From positions 1 to 52,696 of the forward strand of contig JAKSRU010000001.1 in assembly GCA_024403475.1 (NCBI GenBank): DNA of 52,696 bases. The letters run 5' to 3'. Positions 32,011 through 41,155 of this stretch are shown piece by piece. The stretch's first letter is position 1. Every line of letters begins with the position of its first letter. The translations under genes were made by a program, and so were the position numbers. Origin of the DNA: Lachnospiraceae bacterium (lineage in GTDB: Bacteria; Bacillota; Clostridia; Lachnospirales; Lachnospiraceae). The notes under the pieces are model-generated. The model did not search any database and was not told the DNA's origin. It was given only the letters and a program-made list of their open reading frames with translations.

Positions 32011-32079
32011 TTGACTTAATTCAATATGTATTAACTTACAAATTCATTATGTCTTTATTGCTAATTCTTAGGACTTAAA

Positions 32080-32898
32080 TTACTTTACAGTAACAGCGGT
32101 AAGGTGTCCGTCTGCACCATTATACCAGTAAAGGAAGCACTCAACATCAACGGTAGCACCCTCCTCAAGGCTGCCAACAAGGTTGTAGAACTCTTCGTCA
32201 GAACCATTGAGATAGTACTCAAGGCAGAACTCTACGTCGGTATCATCCTTGGTAAGAGTTACATAGATATCATCACCGGGCTGATCATTCTTGTATGAAA
32301 CAGCCTTAACAGTCATATCTGCAAAGCAAACCTTCTGGTTAATGTAGTTAACAAGCTCCTCGGTACCAACGAACTCGGTAACGTCCTTAACTTCTGCTAC
32401 ATAGCAACCATCTTCGAACTCAAAAGTAGCACCTGAAGCTACTTCAACCTCGCCTGCCCACTCAGCTCTGAAACCGGTAACCTTAATCTTGGTACCCTCA
32501 ACAAGCTTAGCAGCATCCTCTTCTGAGCACTCCATCTCATAGATGAAATAAGCGCCGTCAGCATCTGCAGCGTATACAGAAATCTTATTGTCCCACCATG
32601 ACTGAGTAGCCTGTACATAGCACTCGATAACGATTTCATCATCAACTGCTGCAGCAACATAATCAGCATAAGTCATAACGCCCTCAGACTTAACTGCAGG
32701 ATCGTCAACGATCTGATCTACAACTTCGTCAACCTCATCCTTAACTTCGTCAGCAACGTCTTCAACTTCATCCTTGATTTCGTCAACAACGTCATCAACT
32801 ACATCATTAACAGTATCTTCTACTGTCTCTGCTGCGGTGCAACCTGCAAGAGCAAAAGCCATTACAGAAGCTGCAAGTACTAAATTAAACTTCTTCAT
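32080..32898 (-). CDS. Acidic lipoprotein with two putative OB-fold-like domains
   Basis: Lipobox LAGC; VxDVVDE-type acidic repeats; strongly biased codons like gdhA; SD GAGGAG. Confidence 0.8.
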   Translation of the reverse strand: MKKFNLVLAASVMAFALAGCTAAETVEDTVNDVVDDVVDEIKDEVEDVADEVKDEVDEVVDQIVDDPAVKSEGVMTYADYVAAAVDDEIVIECYVQATQSWWDNKISVYAADADGAYFIYEMECSEEDAAKLVEGTKIKVTGFRAEWAGEVEVASGATFEFEDGCYVAEVKDVTEFVGTEELVNYINQKVCFADMTVKAVSYKNDQPGDDIYVTLTKDDTDVEFCLEYYLNGSDEEFYNLVGSLEEGATVDVECFLYWYNGADGHLTAVTVK

Positions 32899-33057
32899 AA
32901 TTTTCTCCTCTCGTGAAAAAACACTTTTTTTCACTAAAACCGTGAACCTTAAGGCTCAATTCAGTTACAAGTCTATTATATAAATCACTAATTTAACTTC
33001 AATAGTTAGTATACATAATTTTATTTTTCACGAAATAAGTTTATTGGTAAAAAGCAA

Positions 33058-33096
33058 CAATATCTACTAAATTTTTTATACATTTAGTAGATATTG
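33058..33096 (-). terminator. 15-bp perfect inverted repeat, probable terminator of the ABC importer operon
   Basis: CAATATCTACTAAAT-9 nt-ATTTAGTAGATATTG. Confidence 0.65.
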
Positions 33097-33140
33097 ATAA
33101 TTTGTGTTACACAACACAGCAATATGTAGTTGTCATTCTT

Positions 33141-34781
33141 CTATCTATTACCGGTCTTTTTGCGTTTAGAAAAATAATCTCTTCCTACATAGATTATTAT
33201 TCCACACCATACAACGGCAATAGTAATAAGCAAAGCCTTTGCGCCTGTAGGCAAGGGACCTAAATCCACAGCGCCATCTCTTCCACCGCCTTCAATCTGA
33301 TCAAGCCTGTACAAAGATTCAATACTGTCATAAAGCTCATCAAAGTAAGCATCATCAATTGCTTGCTTTCTTCTGGTAGAAGTCACAGTCTTTTCTATCA
33401 GCTGACCGGCAGCATCGCGTACAGATGCCGAACCGTTAAACACCGGTGTTACAAATGTATTGTCGATATTATTCAGCAATAGGCGGGTTGTCTCAATTTT
33501 GATGCTGTAATAAGTATCATTGTCTTCACCGCTTCTTGAGAGATAATCAGTATACTCTGCATTATTCTGAGCCTTAGAGGTAACAGGTATATATCCTTCC
33601 GTCTCGGCATATGCAATTTGGACTTCATCTGTAAGCAGGAACTGAGCAAACATCCATGAAGCCAAAACCTCCTGCGGATCTGCCTTATTAAATACGCAGA
33701 TAGACGGTCCCTGTGATATCATGACCGGATTAGATACATCAAACTGAGGAATCGGTCTTACTACAACCTCTATTCCACTGATAATGTCATCAGAACATAT
33801 GTCGGACAAAGGAGCATCCGGACCCATCCAGGTTGAACCGGCAGTTGAATCCACTGCAAAAATGCACTGACCTGCATTAAGGAAATTAGCCGGATAGCTC
33901 GATATCTTAAATGTCGAAAATGCTTTTGTTGCACTATGCTTAGATATCTCTTCAAGTATCTCTCTGGTGTTGTCATTAAAAAGCAATACCTCACCTGAAG
34001 CTGTCGAATAGCCTGCATTCTGCTGACGAAGCATCTGAATCATCATGTTGTCGGTTGATTTATATATAAACGGTATCATTACATTCTGACCGTTTATTAC
34101 AAAATTATCGTCAGCATCCTTTTTCATTGCGGCTTCAGAAACTTCCCATATATAGTCCCATGTAACTACATCAGGAACATCGTAGCCCAATTTTTCAACA
34201 TATGTCTTGTTAATGTACAAAGCCTCTGTTGAACGCATATAGGGAAGTGCATAATAATGCTCGCCTATTCTTCCTTCATTCAGATATTTATCAATCATAT
34301 CTGCCCTTGAAGGTCCCTCATACTTTAGCTCACTTCCGCCCAGTCCGTACTTTTCGTCATACATAATGTCATCCAGACAAAGCACCTGATTCTCACTGGT
34401 AAGATAAGTAGCAATATGGTCAGGATAAGTTATGCAGATATTCGGAGTAGTTCCGGTTGCTATATTAGTGATTACATCATTGTAAATTTTACCGTAATCA
34501 TTATAAAGCCTGATAGTTACAGTTACATTAGGATATAAAGCCTCGAAATCCTCTACTGCCTTCTCATATATAGCAGTTTGTCTTGCATTGGTATCATTTT
34601 TTGCCCAAAACACGATTTCAATAGGCTTAGTTGTATCAAAGCTATCCGGCACAGTAAAATCAGCCATTTCCTTAGAACCGTGACAGCCAGTCAAAAACGC
34701 AGCACCAACGCTCACAAGCAACAACGCCGCAACCGCTTTCTTTTTAATTGTTCTAAATGCATCTTTAATATACTTCATCAT
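33141..34781 (-). CDS. ABC transporter extracellular solute-binding lipoprotein with extra C-terminal TM helix
   Basis: Lipobox LTGC, YALPYMRSTEALYINK, QGPSICVF, TEGYIP; hydrophobic C-terminal segment followed by basic tail. Confidence 0.88.
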   Translation of the reverse strand: MMKYIKDAFRTIKKKAVAALLLVSVGAAFLTGCHGSKEMADFTVPDSFDTTKPIEIVFWAKNDTNARQTAIYEKAVEDFEALYPNVTVTIRLYNDYGKIYNDVITNIATGTTPNICITYPDHIATYLTSENQVLCLDDIMYDEKYGLGGSELKYEGPSRADMIDKYLNEGRIGEHYYALPYMRSTEALYINKTYVEKLGYDVPDVVTWDYIWEVSEAAMKKDADDNFVINGQNVMIPFIYKSTDNMMIQMLRQQNAGYSTASGEVLLFNDNTREILEEISKHSATKAFSTFKISSYPANFLNAGQCIFAVDSTAGSTWMGPDAPLSDICSDDIISGIEVVVRPIPQFDVSNPVMISQGPSICVFNKADPQEVLASWMFAQFLLTDEVQIAYAETEGYIPVTSKAQNNAEYTDYLSRSGEDNDTYYSIKIETTRLLLNNIDNTFVTPVFNGSASVRDAAGQLIEKTVTSTRRKQAIDDAYFDELYDSIESLYRLDQIEGGGRDGAVDLGPLPTGAKALLITIAVVWCGIIIYVGRDYFSKRKKTGNR

Positions 34782-35653
34782 CCCTTGGTACCTCCTCTTG
34801 AGACACCCGACATGACTGTTCTTCTAAATATCAAAAACAGTACAATAAGGGGTAATGAAATAACCACAACTGCAGCCATCATTGCCGGAATGTTTTCACG
34901 GCCGAAGCCGTTTTCTCTAATCTCCTGTATTCCGTTAGAAACCAAGAAATAATTTGAATCATCAGTGATCAATCTGGGCCAGACATATGAGTTCCAGCAC
35001 TCAATAACCTTAAGAATTACTATAGTTACAATAGTAGGTCTGGCAATAGGAATCATAACCTTGAAAAGATACTTAAAATCACTGGTTCCATCTACCTTGG
35101 CCGCATAATACAGTGTATCAGGAATTGCCTCGAAATTTTCCTTCAACAAATATATATAGAACACTGAAGCAATTGACGGTAATATCAAGCCTGCAAAGCT
35201 GTTACGAAGGTCCATATTAGTGATTGTCACAAAATTTGTAATGATAACCAGTTCGTTCGGTATCATCATTAACGCAAGGAAACAAACAAATACAAAATTT
35301 TTGCCCCTAAACTGTAATCTTGCGAAAGCATATGCTGCCAACACCGTAACAATCAGCATTACCAAAGTAGTTAATATTGTAAAAATAGCCGTGTTAAGCA
35401 GGTATTTACCCAAAGATACCGTATTAAATGCATCAAGATAATTCTGAATAGTCGGATTCGATGCATAAAATTTAGGAATATATTCATTATTGTACGAGCT
35501 ATAGCTTTTGAAGGAGGTCAGAATCATCCAATAAAACGGGAATAAAACAATGATTGCCCATATGCCAAGCAGTATATATGTTACCGTTTTACCGATAATA
35601 TTTTTTATTCTTCCACTCTTTTCAATCTGCTCGAGATCAGTATTGTTGTCCAT
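34778..35653 (-). CDS. CUT1-type ABC permease (MalG/UgpE-like)
   Basis: PFYWMILTSFK, AAYAFARL, EAA loop YAAKVDG, WNSYVWP. Confidence 0.92.
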   Translation of the reverse strand: MDNNTDLEQIEKSGRIKNIIGKTVTYILLGIWAIIVLFPFYWMILTSFKSYSSYNNEYIPKFYASNPTIQNYLDAFNTVSLGKYLLNTAIFTILTTLVMLIVTVLAAYAFARLQFRGKNFVFVCFLALMMIPNELVIITNFVTITNMDLRNSFAGLILPSIASVFYIYLLKENFEAIPDTLYYAAKVDGTSDFKYLFKVMIPIARPTIVTIVILKVIECWNSYVWPRLITDDSNYFLVSNGIQEIRENGFGRENIPAMMAAVVVISLPLIVLFLIFRRTVMSGVSRGGTKG

Positions 35654-35667
35654 TTTTTAGCCTTCTG

Positions 35668-36564
35668 TTATTTTTTCGTTCTGTTACTAACCAGCAGATT
35701 AATAACAGTAATTGTAAGTACGATAGTGAACAATATAATCGCTGCTGCAGAAGCGTATGATGGATATCCGCCACTATCACCGTACAGCATATCGTATACA
35801 TAGCCGACTATCGTATTCATTTCAGCCACATTCAAGTCCGTACCAAACAATGCTACTGCATCGCTATATGCCTTGAATGCACCGATAAATCCGGTGATTA
35901 TCAGATAAAAAATCATTGGTGAAATCATAGGAAGTGTGATTTTATAAAAAATCCTGAACTTTGATGTACCGTCAACCTTGGCTGCGCTGTAATATACAGG
36001 ATTCACACTCGCCAATGCACTGGTAAGAATCAGTACCTTAAACGGCATTACTATCCAGATGGTATAGATACATAACACCATCATCTTTGCCCAATAAGGA
36101 CCATCGATAAAATCTACCGATTCTCCACCGAAGGCATTTATCAAAATATTAACCATTCCGTCTGAATAAGCTGTCTTCTTGAACAGGATCATAAATACCA
36201 GACCTACCGCCAATGTATTTGTAACATAAGGCAGGAAATAGATTGTCTGGAACAATTCCTTCAGCTTCTTAATTGAATTTAAGCCTAATGAAATCAAAAG
36301 TGCTATACCGGTGGATAAAGGGACGGTAATAATTACCAGTATAAAAGTATTCTTCAATGCCTGAAGAAAATACGGATCATGTAAAACATAGCTATAATTG
36401 TAAATACCTATTCCAAAAAAACTCTGGGATGCAGAATTATAGCCTTCTTCAAATGAATATATAAATACATCTACAAGCGGATATACCATGAAAACGCCTA
36501 AAAAGAGCAATGCAGGCAGCAGGTATAACCAAGCTTTCAGATTACTTCTTCCTGTAACTTCCAT
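35668..36564 (-). CDS. CUT1-type ABC permease (MalF/UgpA-like)
   Basis: YLLPALL, ALKNTF, FLPYVT, SAAKVDG, ITLPMISP. Confidence 0.92.
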   Translation of the reverse strand: MEVTGRSNLKAWLYLLPALLFLGVFMVYPLVDVFIYSFEEGYNSASQSFFGIGIYNYSYVLHDPYFLQALKNTFILVIITVPLSTGIALLISLGLNSIKKLKELFQTIYFLPYVTNTLAVGLVFMILFKKTAYSDGMVNILINAFGGESVDFIDGPYWAKMMVLCIYTIWIVMPFKVLILTSALASVNPVYYSAAKVDGTSKFRIFYKITLPMISPMIFYLIITGFIGAFKAYSDAVALFGTDLNVAEMNTIVGYVYDMLYGDSGGYPSYASAAAIILFTIVLTITVINLLVSNRTKK

Positions 36565-36581
36565 CTTAAAGCCTCCGACTA

Positions 36582-37676
36582 TCAGAATCTGATTCTTTCT
36601 TCTGTTTCATAGTCAAATACAAATACCTTCTTGGGATTTAAGTCAAATGCAACCGTATCCTTTCGTGTATCTACAAGGTTATCAGAACTGATTATAGCTC
36701 TGATATTATCATTCAGTGACTCTTCCTTGGTTCCGATAATACTTACATCACGACCCATTACCTCAACTCGCGAAAGCTTAAGCTTAAGGCAACCTGTTTC
36801 ATTGAGCTTAAAACCTTCAGGTCTTATACCGGTATAAACCTTGCCATCCTTAACTCCGGGAGCATCCATTATGCAATCATCACCGATATAAAGCTTGCCG
36901 GACTTAACTTCACCCTCAAATACGTTAATAGCAGGAGTTCCCAAAAACTTCGCAACAAACAGGTTCTTAGGATCATCATAAATATCTTGTGGCTTTCCGA
37001 TTTGATGCACTACTCCGGCCTTCATAACTATCATAAGATCACATATGCTCATAGCCTCTTCCTGGTCATGAGTAACAAATATAGTAGTGATTTTAGTCTC
37101 ATTTTGAATTCTTCTGATCTCCTCACGAGTCTGAAGTCTGAGTCTTGCATCAAGATTTGAAAGAGGCTCATCTAACAGCAATACCTTCGGCATCTTAACA
37201 AGAGCTCTTGCAATTGCAACTCTTTGCTGCTGACCACCCGAGAGTTCAGAAGGTCTGCGCTCCATCAGTTCCTCTATCTGCACAAGTCTTGCAGCCTCAA
37301 GAGCCTTCTCTTCCATCACCTGCTTACTCAGCTTTTCTTTACCCTTTAAGTTTTCAAGCGGGAACAGAATATTCTGTCTTACTGTAAGATGGGGATAAAG
37401 GGCATAGTTTTGAAAAACTAAACCAATTCCTCTATTTTCGGGAGGAAGCTTAGTAACATCATCATCTCCGAAAAAAATCTGACCGGAAGTAGGCTTTTCA
37501 AGTCCGCTTATCAGATTAAGAGTTGTACTTTTTCCGCATCCTGATGGGCCCAGCAAGCCAACAAGCTTACCGTCAGGAATAGTAAAATCAAAATTATTTA
37601 CAGCAATAACCTCCACCGGATTCTTTTTATCTCTTCCGGGGAATTTTTTAGTTAAATTCTTTAATACTACTTCCAT
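36582..37676 (-). CDS. CUT1-type ABC ATP-binding protein (MalK/UgpC-like)
   Basis: GPSGCGKST, FQNYALYPHL, LSGGQQQRVA, LLDEPLSNLDA, VTHDQEEA. Confidence 0.95.
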   Translation of the reverse strand: MEVVLKNLTKKFPGRDKKNPVEVIAVNNFDFTIPDGKLVGLLGPSGCGKSTTLNLISGLEKPTSGQIFFGDDDVTKLPPENRGIGLVFQNYALYPHLTVRQNILFPLENLKGKEKLSKQVMEEKALEAARLVQIEELMERRPSELSGGQQQRVAIARALVKMPKVLLLDEPLSNLDARLRLQTREEIRRIQNETKITTIFVTHDQEEAMSICDLMIVMKAGVVHQIGKPQDIYDDPKNLFVAKFLGTPAINVFEGEVKSGKLYIGDDCIMDAPGVKDGKVYTGIRPEGFKLNETGCLKLKLSRVEVMGRDVSIIGTKEESLNDNIRAIISSDNLVDTRKDTVAFDLNPKKVFVFDYETEERIRF

Positions 37677-37696
37677 AGCTTAGTTTTCCTTAAATA

Positions 37697-39961
37697 TTAT
37701 TTTGTCAAGAACTCACGCTCTCGCTTAATCTCATCAGGTACTGAGATACCGGTATGCGTAAGCTTTTGAATAATCAAATCAATTCTATGTATGCGCTGAT
37801 TATTCTTAATCTCAAAACGCTCCATAAATTCACTGAAATTAGGATTAGATGCCAGCATTTTTCTGGTACCTGACTTAAACGGACAATATCGTGACAATAT
37901 ACCGCGAACGACCTTATTAAGTCTTGGTGACGCTTCTGATTCATACAGTACCCAAATCACATAATCGAAAATAAACAGCTCCTTGTAACTGTTCTTAGCT
38001 CGCTGCATCGCTGTACGAATTCTTTCCTTGGCATCCTGGGAAAGATTATGATTCTTCTTATAAAACTGAGCATAATCAAAATATTCACTGGTAAGGGATG
38101 CGTCAGTAACATCATTCCACCTTGCACCCTGGATACGTTTACACATCTCCCAACGATACTCACCACACATACGAAGGAGCTGTACCTTGATATCCTCCTG
38201 GTCGAACACCGGAAGCATCATTACCGCAGGAGTTGATCTCGAACGCCCCTGTATCTCCTGCCACATCAAGCCTCTCGAACCTGCATTTGGCATCAACACA
38301 ACATCAGGTAAAATCTCTTTATTTAAGAACTCACTCTGAATTCCTAATGAATCGTCTCTAAACAGCACTTCTCTGTAAAAGATTCTGTAATCAACATTTC
38401 TGATTGTATCAATACTGTCTCTTACAATACCCGCACCAAGAATAATATCCTTGAGCTTTTTATATACTCCCATACTTGAAAATACAGGACAGAACAAGCT
38501 TATACGACCATTAGTAACCTTGTTGGCAGATTGGAACATATTACGGATTTCATATCTGACCTTTGCTACAGAATCATTAAGTTCTTCCTGTTCTTCATTG
38601 GCAGATATCTGGTTTTTAACCTTCTTCTCATGAACAAAGTTTTCATAATCTACATCAAGCTCACTCTTAAGAGGCATCTTTTTACCGCAATAAATCGCTT
38701 TAAGCCACTCATAGAATGTATAAATACCCGTATTAGGTGAAGAATACCCGCTTCCTGCCTTTTTATACAGAAATACCAAATCTGCCGGAGTACATAATTC
38801 GGGATCAATATATCCGAATTCAAGGAACATCATTATATGCTTATCCGGCATTTCATCGGATTCCGCATAATCCTTGAGGCAATTAATAGCAACCGCCTCA
38901 TATAATTTATAAAATGCAGCTGTCAGTCCGTTTCTTAAATATCTGGCCGAATCTTCTGAGCTGTTGAAATCCTCCAAGCGCTTATATTCATCCAAATACG
39001 TTCTGATTTTCTCACAATCATCACTATCCAGTTCAGAATATGCCAAGATTTTCTCTACCGAATCACCCAGCAGTTTTTGAACCTCAAGCTCCTCATCATT
39101 GCGAGAGCCGGAAGCCAATTCACGCTCCCTGCGGCGTTCAAAATTACCTGTTCTTTCAATATATCTGTTCGGATTGATGAAGGACTTGTAATTTAAAAAC
39201 TCTTCAATACCGAGTATAGTTTCACCGATTTTTTCTTTTAACTCTTCTCTGTTGGAGCAAAGGAAATACACCTCTGTCAGCATACCGAATATATCTGTAC
39301 CCGGCTCATCCAGCAATAGTCGTCCCAACTCTGCCAAGTATGCAAAAACCTTTTTAGAACCGAGTGCTATCATTCTTGCATCCTTTGATATCTTTTGAAT
39401 AAAGCACTCCATAAATTCAGGTGATACACTCTTGCCATCCTTAACCAGCCTCGTAATTTCAGTATAATAGCCGGTAAGATGCTCATTTACCTCTGCATCA
39501 GGTGTAAACTCTCTGATTGCCTCAAGGCCTTCCAAGGTATGCGGTGTCATTCCGAAATCAACACAAAAATCTCGATACTGAGCATAAACATCTAAAGTAT
39601 AATCATATATCTTGGAAGCATCTTCAAGATTGATTTTATATTGTTCAAGCATACCTATTAACTGCTTAATGCAAGACTTAAATAGGAATGTAGAAAAGTC
39701 CCCCTGCTTAGAAAGCAGTAGGGACATATCATTCAAAGGATAATTCAATACAGTCGTATCCTCAGTCGCCATATAATTAATAAATCTTGCGTCAAAACCA
39801 AATTCACATGCACCAATCACATCACCCTTGGATAATGTAAGCTTGATGCCGGGCATAGACATAGCAACAGAACCGTTCGCAATAACATAAATTTCTTCAT
39901 TATTTTGAGCGGCGCCTGCTATAATATCGTTTTTTAAGAAGCTGATAGAAGCCATATTCAC
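37697..39961 (-). CDS. Large cytoplasmic protein with N-terminal cyclic-nucleotide-binding-like domain and uncharacterised C-terminal domain
   Basis: IYVIANGSV..TLSKGDVIG..ATEDT fits a cNMP beta-roll; no HTH or TM evident. Confidence 0.7.
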   Translation of the reverse strand: MNMASISFLKNDIIAGAAQNNEEIYVIANGSVAMSMPGIKLTLSKGDVIGACEFGFDARFINYMATEDTTVLNYPLNDMSLLLSKQGDFSTFLFKSCIKQLIGMLEQYKINLEDASKIYDYTLDVYAQYRDFCVDFGMTPHTLEGLEAIREFTPDAEVNEHLTGYYTEITRLVKDGKSVSPEFMECFIQKISKDARMIALGSKKVFAYLAELGRLLLDEPGTDIFGMLTEVYFLCSNREELKEKIGETILGIEEFLNYKSFINPNRYIERTGNFERRRERELASGSRNDEELEVQKLLGDSVEKILAYSELDSDDCEKIRTYLDEYKRLEDFNSSEDSARYLRNGLTAAFYKLYEAVAINCLKDYAESDEMPDKHIMMFLEFGYIDPELCTPADLVFLYKKAGSGYSSPNTGIYTFYEWLKAIYCGKKMPLKSELDVDYENFVHEKKVKNQISANEEQEELNDSVAKVRYEIRNMFQSANKVTNGRISLFCPVFSSMGVYKKLKDIILGAGIVRDSIDTIRNVDYRIFYREVLFRDDSLGIQSEFLNKEILPDVVLMPNAGSRGLMWQEIQGRSRSTPAVMMLPVFDQEDIKVQLLRMCGEYRWEMCKRIQGARWNDVTDASLTSEYFDYAQFYKKNHNLSQDAKERIRTAMQRAKNSYKELFIFDYVIWVLYESEASPRLNKVVRGILSRYCPFKSGTRKMLASNPNFSEFMERFEIKNNQRIHRIDLIIQKLTHTGISVPDEIKREREFLTK

Positions 39962-40001
39962 CTATAATAAAAGTAAAATTGTTAACGCTTTTCCACAATC
40001 T

Positions 40002-40030
40002 ATTATAGAAAAACTCTAATGATTAATCAA
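40002..40030 (-). promoter_or_regulatory. Sigma-A promoter for the cNMP-domain gene and ABC importer
   Basis: Minus strand TTGATT-17 nt-TATAAT. Confidence 0.65.
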
Positions 40031-40038
40031 GTATCCGC

Positions 40039-40392
40039 TCACTTAATCAGCAGGGGTAAAACTCTGATAAGAACCATATAAACAACCGTTCCTGACGCAA
40101 TTGAAATCAGTGTATTTCTCTTCCACAAATGAACAAGTGTCACTACTATAAGTGCCGCAACGGTTCCAAGAGAAGCAACATTAAATCCACTCTGTATAGT
40201 CAATAAATCTCCCTTTAAGCAATACACCACCAAAACCGCCATTATCGCTGCAGGAAGTAAATCCGCAACCTTTTTCACACGGTCAGGCATCTGCTTTCCG
40301 CCTCCGAATATCATAAAGGGAATAGCACGAAGTAAAAAAGTCACTACAGCTGTTATTGCTATAAGTATTACCGTATACCAACTAAACTGCAT
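40039..40392 (-). CDS. azlD: AzlD-family branched-chain amino acid exporter small subunit
   Basis: VTFLLRAIPF, LPAAIMAVLVVYCLK, LHLWKRN-like motif; SD AGGAGG. Confidence 0.88.
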   Translation of the reverse strand: MQFSWYTVILIAITAVVTFLLRAIPFMIFGGGKQMPDRVKKVADLLPAAIMAVLVVYCLKGDLLTIQSGFNVASLGTVAALIVVTLVHLWKRNTLISIASGTVVYMVLIRVLPLLIK

Positions 40393-41089
40393 TCTTACTT
40401 CCTCCTTTCTCTTTATAGAACAGACTGAAAACAAATACAAAGGTTACCGTTATCAACAGTGACGGAAGCAAAAACTTTTCTACGCCGAATACAAACAGAC
40501 ATATTACCGCCGAAAGCATTCCAAACACTGCAACAGCAACATTTTTCTTGGGATTACTAAGCATTTGTTCTATCAAAATGACAACAAACAATGCCGTCAT
40601 AGCAAAATCAATACCGGTAAAGTCAAACGGTAAAAATTCACCCAACAACGCACCCAATACCGATCCGATTACCCAATAGCTCTGATCCAAAATAGTAATC
40701 CAAAACCATGCTTCTCTGTTTTTTTCATCAGGGTCCTCATTTTTACAGCCGCATAAAACCGAGTAAGTCTCATCGGTAAGACCAAATATCATATACGGCA
40801 TCTGCTTAATCTTTTTAAATGACTCAACAAACGATAATCCGTAGAACAGATGACGGCTGTTAACAAATAAAGTCGTAACAGCCATTGTAACCGGCGATAC
40901 AGCCGAAACCATAAGAGGTACCATTGTAAACTGCATAGAACCTGCGTATACAAAACAGCTGATAAAAAATGCCCATATAAAATTGTATCCTGCTTCTGCA
41001 AGAACTATGCCCCATGCTATTCCCAGAAATATATACCCGCACATAACAGGTAAGGTCTTAGGAAATGCATACTTAATCTTCTTTTTCAT
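40382..41089 (-). CDS. azlC: AzlC-family branched-chain amino acid exporter
   Basis: YAGSMQF, VNSRHLFYG, LTDETY, DFAMTALF. Confidence 0.92.
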   Translation of the reverse strand: MKKKIKYAFPKTLPVMCGYIFLGIAWGIVLAEAGYNFIWAFFISCFVYAGSMQFTMVPLMVSAVSPVTMAVTTLFVNSRHLFYGLSFVESFKKIKQMPYMIFGLTDETYSVLCGCKNEDPDEKNREAWFWITILDQSYWVIGSVLGALLGEFLPFDFTGIDFAMTALFVVILIEQMLSNPKKNVAVAVFGMLSAVICLFVFGVEKFLLPSLLITVTFVFVFSLFYKEKGGSKNAV

Positions 41090-41098
41090 AATAATCTC

Positions 41099-41128
41099 AA
41101 AAAAACGGCAGAGACTAATCTCTGCCGC
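41099..41128 (-). terminator. Intrinsic terminator of carB
   Basis: Minus strand CGGCAGAGA-TTAG-TCTCTGCCG-T7. Confidence 0.85.
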
Positions 41129-41155
41129 CTTTATAACATAAATTGTTTTCAGAAA

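Noticed and set aside
39989-39997. DnaA-box match TTTTCCACA near the predicted TSS
   Set aside because: Single box, no cluster; another match lies inside a CDS (17830-17838), consistent with chance
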